In this document: piece after piece, positions 8,677 through 12,388 of the stretch
How the letters are laid out: each line of letters begins with the position of its first letter
Position numbering within the stretch: the first letter of the stretch is position 1
Assembly: GCA_046498225.1 (NCBI GenBank)
Contig: JAWOBF010000134.1
Location: forward strand, 1 to 12,388
Length of the DNA stretch: 12,388 nt
Direction: 5' to 3'
Source of the DNA: Candidatus Aegiribacteria sp.
Lineage (GTDB): Bacteria; Fermentibacterota; Fermentibacteria; Fermentibacterales; JCC-6
Translations under genes and position numbers: made by a program
Notes under the pieces: model-generated
Seen by the model: the letters and a program-made list of their open reading frames with translations, nothing else
The model's database searches: none
Told to the model about the DNA's origin: nothing

Positions 8677-10272
8677 TCAGAGGGATTGCCACCGGTCCGG
8701 GTCGTCAGGGAGGGAATTCAGAACCTCCCGGTTGACCACCGGCCCGTACCTTTCACGCAGCTCCTGCATCCACCTGACGGTGGCTTCCTCTTTCAGCTGT
8801 GCCCTGATGATGTTTTCAAGGGCCGGGGTCGCCTCCTCCAGGTCGGCTTCCCTTTCAGGAAGGACTTCCACCAGCCTGAACATCACCTGTCCCATACCTT
8901 CGGACATGGGCTGCGGACCCAGCCAGACGGTGGTGTCCGAAGGCTCCAGACCGAAGACCATGTCTCCGTATCCGCCGGGTACCTCGCTGCGGGAAAGGGG
9001 AACTGTATACTGAGGGTTCCCGGGGTCGGCGGCCAGATGTTGGAATCCGTTCAGTCCCGAGATGAATTCTTCCAGCCTGCCTGTCTCGATGGCCTCCCTG
9101 TAGGCGATTATGCTGTCCTCCGGGAAGGTGACCGCCTGAAGGATACGCTGTTCCTCGATCATCAGAGGTTCCTGGAGATCGCTGTACATTTCCTCGATGA
9201 GGCCGGGATCCACAGAGACCTGTGTCTCGATCTTCTCGTGGTAGAGCCTCTCCAGGGCCAGCTCTTTCATGTATTCATCCGCTTCGGCCCTCAGGGAATC
9301 CAGAAGGTCTGGGGCGGCCTTCTCAAGGGTGTCCTCCAGGAAGGCCTGAAGACACAGATTATCGATGAAATAGTACTGCCAGGTGACGGACGAGGGCTGA
9401 ACCATTACCCTGGTGCTCCGAAAATCTATCTCCGTCCTCAGTTCGGATGAAGTCCAGTTACCAAGGGCAGAACTGATGACAGGCTCTTCCGCGAACTCGG
9501 CCTCCCCGGAGTAGAAAGCCGCCAGTCTCTCCACAGCTGAGGAATCGAAAGCCACCGAGAAATCGTCCGAAAGATCCTTCTTTACGTCATCGATCCATCG
9601 CCGGACCCTGGCCCCCGCTGTTCGCGAGACCGCCATGGAATTCACATGGGCTGTATCCGCCAGGGTTTCGGCTACGAGTGCGGGATCGGTTGTGAACACC
9701 GAATCCAGCCTGACCCGCACACCGCCCGAATACTCGCCGGTCTCGCCTGCGGACATGGAATCGAGATGGAGCGCCAGCTGCCGGTCCAGCTCCGGCAGGT
9801 GATCGGGACCCCGGTCCTCCGAACTGTCGGTACCGGGATGGAAGGTGAACCAGACCGTTTTCCCCATGTGGTCTTTGAAGAACTGAATGTCCGCCCCGCT
9901 GACGGATGACTCCGCGGTGCGGAGGAAGTGATTCCTCGCCGCCCGGGAGGCCTGCAGCCGCAGCCAGGACCGGCCGAAGGAGACCGTTTCCGGGTCGGTC
10001 AGTATACCGCTCTCCGCGAGTTCCCTGTCCAGAAGCATCCTGCCGGTATATGAATCTACCATGTGTTCTACGGGGTTATCCCTCGACCTGAAAGCAGCCC
10101 TGGCGGCTTCGTCCATTCCGGCCCAGACCTCCGCCAGGTCCGATACGTATGCCGTATCACCGTCCACGGCTATGAGCCACGGGTCAGCCGCGGAGGGGGA
10201 AGGGCCGGCACAGCCGGTCGTTACTGTGGCGGCGATGAGAACTGCGGTGCTGAAGGCGGCCAGTGCTTTCAA
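8677..10272 (-). CDS. SurA/PrsA/PpiD-like foldase lipoprotein with a degenerate parvulin domain, about 531 aa
   Basis: The start was re-assigned to TTG at 10272, which follows GGGAGG and gives the signal MKALAAFSTAVLIAATVTTG-C (Cys 10210-10212). An N-terminal IAVDGD...LLDREL segment is SurA_N-like. The C-terminus (EVPGGYGDMVFGL...LVEVLPEREADLEEA...WMQELRERYGPVVNREVL) matches the PpiD/PrsA rotamase-plus-terminal-helix pattern. Confidence 0.7.
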   Translation of the reverse strand: MKALAAFSTAVLIAATVTTGCAGPSPSAADPWLIAVDGDTAYVSDLAEVWAGMDEAARAAFRSRDNPVEHMVDSYTGRMLLDRELAESGILTDPETVSFGRSWLRLQASRAARNHFLRTAESSVSGADIQFFKDHMGKTVWFTFHPGTDSSEDRGPDHLPELDRQLALHLDSMSAGETGEYSGGVRVRLDSVFTTDPALVAETLADTAHVNSMAVSRTAGARVRRWIDDVKKDLSDDFSVAFDSSAVERLAAFYSGEAEFAEEPVISSALGNWTSSELRTEIDFRSTRVMVQPSSVTWQYYFIDNLCLQAFLEDTLEKAAPDLLDSLRAEADEYMKELALERLYHEKIETQVSVDPGLIEEMYSDLQEPLMIEEQRILQAVTFPEDSIIAYREAIETGRLEEFISGLNGFQHLAADPGNPQYTVPLSRSEVPGGYGDMVFGLEPSDTTVWLGPQPMSEGMGQVMFRLVEVLPEREADLEEATPALENIIRAQLKEEATVRWMQELRERYGPVVNREVLNSLPDDPDRWQSL

Positions 10273-10376
10273 AAGAAAACCTCCCGAAGAAAGGAACACA
10301 TGGTCAATAACGGTAAAGGGGGTCAACCCTGCTCGGGTCTGAATATATGACACAGGGCGGAAAAACGATAGAAGAG

Positions 10377-10402
10377 AGGGAAGGGGCGGCCGCCCCTTCC
10401 CT
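10377..10402 (-). terminator. Strong hairpin, probable intrinsic terminator of the 10428-11273 gene
   Basis: A perfect 26-bp palindrome AGGGAAGGGGCGGCCGCCCCTTCCCT lies 25 bp past the stop codon. On the minus strand it is followed by the pyrimidine/T-rich CTCTTCTATCGTTTTT. Confidence 0.75.
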
Positions 10403-10427
10403 TTCCAGTCAGAATACTGTTCTGTTC

Positions 10428-11273
10428 CTAGAACATGCTCTTGATGGAACCCCAGGTGTCACTCTCGAGGGCCACCGTGCTGGTCTGCCAGCAGTAGACG
10501 CCGTCGGGTTCATCCTGCGCCAGGACCCAGAGTTCCTCGGAACCGGCGTAGTCGCCCATGGTGCATCCGCCCGCGGTAAGGGTTTCCGGTCCGATATTGT
10601 AGGACGCGATAAGGGCTCCCGCGGGGTCTATCTGGTACAGCATTCCATCGGAGGAAGCTGTGGAGGCCCACAGGCAGTCATTGGTGTAGTCCCAGGCGGC
10701 TCCGTAGATACCGCCGTTGGCCACCGCGGTGGACCAGGTTGTGTAGCTGGCGCTGCTTCCGGATACGCCGTCCCAGGTTACCTGGTAGACGGTCTCCGAG
10801 AAACTGCCGGTGTAGAAGTAGGTTCCGTCCCAGGCCTGGGCCCTGTTGGGGTTGATGGCGTTGCAGGTGTAGGAACCCACCTTCTCGTAGGAGGAATCGT
10901 AGTAGTCGACATCGTAGCTCTGGCTGGCGTACATGTAGGTTCCGTCCCAGGCCATGTCACGGAGACCCCAGCTGGAGGTGTTGTTCTGGTCTACGTTGGT
11001 TACCACGGTGTGGGGAGAAGTGCCGGTTATGATCCATATCTGGTTGAAACCGACTCCGCCAACGTCCTGAGCGTCCGTCACCCAGAAATTGGTTCCATCG
11101 TAGCCGATACCTACGCAGTACTGAGAAGTGCCGAGAGCTTCCAGGTCGAAGTAATCGAGCTCGGTCAGATCGGCATCGGAACCGTACGGGGTTCCGGGAT
11201 TCGGGCTCACGTCGGCGGCCGCGAAGACGACCCCGGTCACCGCGAGAAGAATTAGAACAGCGGATACTTTCAT
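10428..11273 (-). CDS. Secreted beta-propeller repeat protein with C-terminal TWGxIKxxF motif (hypothetical surface protein)
   Basis: It has a Sec signal peptide (MKVSAVLILLAVTGVVFA) and a strong RBS AAAGGAG (11279-11285). Repeats of about 39-45 aa (GIGYDGTNFWVTD, DMAWDGTYMYASQ, AQAWDGTYFYTGS, GAAWDYTNDCLWAST) are typical of propeller blades. The protein ends in ALESDTWGSIKSMF. Confidence 0.85.
   Translation of the reverse strand: MKVSAVLILLAVTGVVFAAADVSPNPGTPYGSDADLTELDYFDLEALGTSQYCVGIGYDGTNFWVTDAQDVGGVGFNQIWIITGTSPHTVVTNVDQNNTSSWGLRDMAWDGTYMYASQSYDVDYYDSSYEKVGSYTCNAINPNRAQAWDGTYFYTGSFSETVYQVTWDGVSGSSASYTTWSTAVANGGIYGAAWDYTNDCLWASTASSDGMLYQIDPAGALIASYNIGPETLTAGGCTMGDYAGSEELWVLAQDEPDGVYCWQTSTVALESDTWGSIKSMF
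10818..10953. repeat. Exact 19-bp intragenic direct repeat (propeller blade duplication)
   Basis: GTAGGTTCCGTCCCAGGCC occurs at 10818-10836 and 10935-10953, 117 bp (39 codons) apart, and encodes AWDGTY in both copies. A partial third copy, CCGTCCCAGG, is at 10768-10777. Confidence 0.85.
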
Positions 11274-11305
11274 CGCAACTCCTTTCGTTTGAACATTTCA
11301 ATGGT

Positions 11306-11335
11306 ACTCTAAATAATAGTCAACCTCAAAGTCAA
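11306..11335 (-). promoter_or_regulatory. Putative sigma70 promoter of the beta-propeller gene
   Basis: On the minus strand TTGACT (11335-11330), an 18 bp spacer and TAGAGT (11311-11306) are preceded by an A5 tract (11345-11341, UP-element-like), all within an AT-rich intergenic region. Confidence 0.5.
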
Positions 11336-11395
11336 GTGCCTTTTTGCGCGCGAATATCCCGGTAAGCCACTAGGGATTACTATTCAGTTGGATAT

Positions 11396-12388
11396 CTATA
11401 ACTTGATGACCTTGAGGCTCTCCCCATGGCCTTCCGGCGATTCAAGGAACAGTACGTACGTCCCCGGGGGCAGCCTGTCCGTCGAAAGTGTTCTCCGGTC
11501 CGTGATGGTGCTGTTCATAACCAGCCTGCCTGACATATCCACGAGCAGGAGTTCCCGCGGTCCGTCCGCCGGGGCTGCCAGTTCCACTTCCAGCATTTCC
11601 CCGAAGGGATTGCGGAGCACGCGAAATCCCGGTTGGAAGGAAGATACCGCCGGACCCTGCGAAACTGCGGTCCCGGTATCGTAGATTGGGTAGAAGGGGG
11701 GGCTGGCGGTGAAGTACCTGGAGTCGAAATCGTATTGAAGAAAATATCCGTATGTATTCTGTCCGGAGACATACGCGGTTATTCCGTAATCCTCCAGCTG
11801 CACCCCCCCGGCAATGGTGAAATCAGCAGCAGGATGCGGTTCCCAGGGGTTTTCGGCGTAAAGGATACCATCCGGTATTAGCATCGACCCCGAACAGACC
11901 ATCTCCTTCTCGGTCTCGACGGCCCAGATGCCGTTCCAGGGATCGTATTCCGGCGTGTCCGCGATGATGACATCACCGTTCTTAACGATGAGGCCCAGCA
12001 TTCCCCCGGAGACCGGCTCGTACAGTACGTCGCCCATGATGTATACGGACCCGTTGCAGCCCAGGGTCATGGGTACCGTGATGCCCGGGCCGCTGTCCGG
12101 GGGCATGGACCTGAGCAAGATGTGTTCATCCGGTTCATTGTCGATCCATGCCACCTGCTCGCTGAAGCCGCTCATGCAGTAGGATTGGACCTCGCCGCCG
12201 GGGGTTTCCTTCAGGTGAATGCTGTCCGCCCCGATGATGACCCTGGCCCCCGGTTCCAACCCGTCGATGAACAGTCCCGAGGACAGTGCCGCGTCACGGG
12301 CCGATTGCCAGTCCACGTTCCCGGACCCGAAGGGAAGGGTGTCCGCGCCGAGGTTGAACCAGGGCGGTCCCTGGCACATCAGTTCGTA
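11396..12388 (-). CDS. Secreted protein with C-terminal T9SS type A (Por secretion tail)-like domain and an upstream PilX/DUF4900-like domain, 5'-truncated by the window edge
   Basis: The frame is open to the edge (Y-E-L-M-C...). The last ~75 aa, NPFGEMLEVEL...LVDMSGRLV...DRLPPGTYVLFL...SLKVIKL, match the T9SS CTD consensus PNP...D..G+.V...L..G.Y.......K.ik. Upstream, YIMGDVLY...MLGLIV...GGVQ...GY..QYDFDSRY...PPFYP resembles the C-terminal domain of PilX-like proteins. Confidence 0.75.
   Translation of the reverse strand, partial: YELMCQGPPWFNLGADTLPFGSGNVDWQSARDAALSSGLFIDGLEPGARVIIGADSIHLKETPGGEVQSYCMSGFSEQVAWIDNEPDEHILLRSMPPDSGPGITVPMTLGCNGSVYIMGDVLYEPVSGGMLGLIVKNGDVIIADTPEYDPWNGIWAVETEKEMVCSGSMLIPDGILYAENPWEPHPAADFTIAGGVQLEDYGITAYVSGQNTYGYFLQYDFDSRYFTASPPFYPIYDTGTAVSQGPAVSSFQPGFRVLRNPFGEMLEVELAAPADGPRELLLVDMSGRLVMNSTITDRRTLSTDRLPPGTYVLFLESPEGHGESLKVIKL

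Noticed and set aside
7216..9450. Alternate-frame and plus-strand ORFs (e.g. 7735-8583, 7707-8378, 8686-9450)
   Set aside because: These are Arg/Pro/Gly/Ser-rich or mirror-frame translations overlapping better-supported minus-strand genes.
10273..10353. N-terminal 27 codons of the 558-aa ORF
   Set aside because: This stretch contains the GGGAGG RBS and promoter-like hexamers. Starting at TTG 10272 yields a clean lipoprotein signal peptide.
10377..10402. 26-bp palindrome as a REP, MITE, CRISPR repeat or recombination site
   Set aside because: It is single-copy in the window with no flanking duplication, spacers, transposase or integrase. Its position just after a stop codon fits a terminator.
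10818..10953. 19-bp direct repeat as a CRISPR array or DGR template/variable repeat
   Set aside because: There are only two short in-frame copies inside a CDS, with no adenine-specific mismatches and no cas or reverse transcriptase gene in the window.
10347..11255. 302-aa plus-strand Val/Gly-rich ORF
   Set aside because: It is the antisense mirror of the beta-propeller gene, which has the signal peptide, RBS, promoter and terminator. It also runs through the terminator hairpin.

Overview
GC-rich, gene-dense bacterial chromosomal window with two convergent gene blocks and no recognisable mobile element, RNA gene or CRISPR array. The plus strand (1-6809) carries the 3' end of a PfpI/DJ-1 family gene, an acetate kinase with atypical acyl-pocket residues, a lipoprotein with two Pin1-like parvulin domains, a P-type (IIA, Ca2+-like) ATPase and a translationally coupled M3/M2-like HEXXH metallopeptidase. 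The minus strand (12388-6825) carries four cell-envelope genes: (i) a 5'-truncated protein with a PilX/DUF4900-like domain fused to a T9SS-type C-terminal domain, (ii) an apparently monocistronic secreted beta-propeller protein ending in ALESDTWGSIKSMF, (iii) a SurA/PrsA-like foldase lipoprotein with a degenerate parvulin site, and (iv) an O-antigen-ligase/O-OTase-like membrane protein with TPR-like repeats. The most interesting signal is the short C-terminal TWGxIKxxF tail, a candidate uncharacterised sorting signal that sits next to a gene with a canonical T9SS-type tail. From recollection only, this combination suggests an uncultured FCB-group lineage such as Ca. Fermentibacterota. All family calls come from motif recognition by eye, not database searches.
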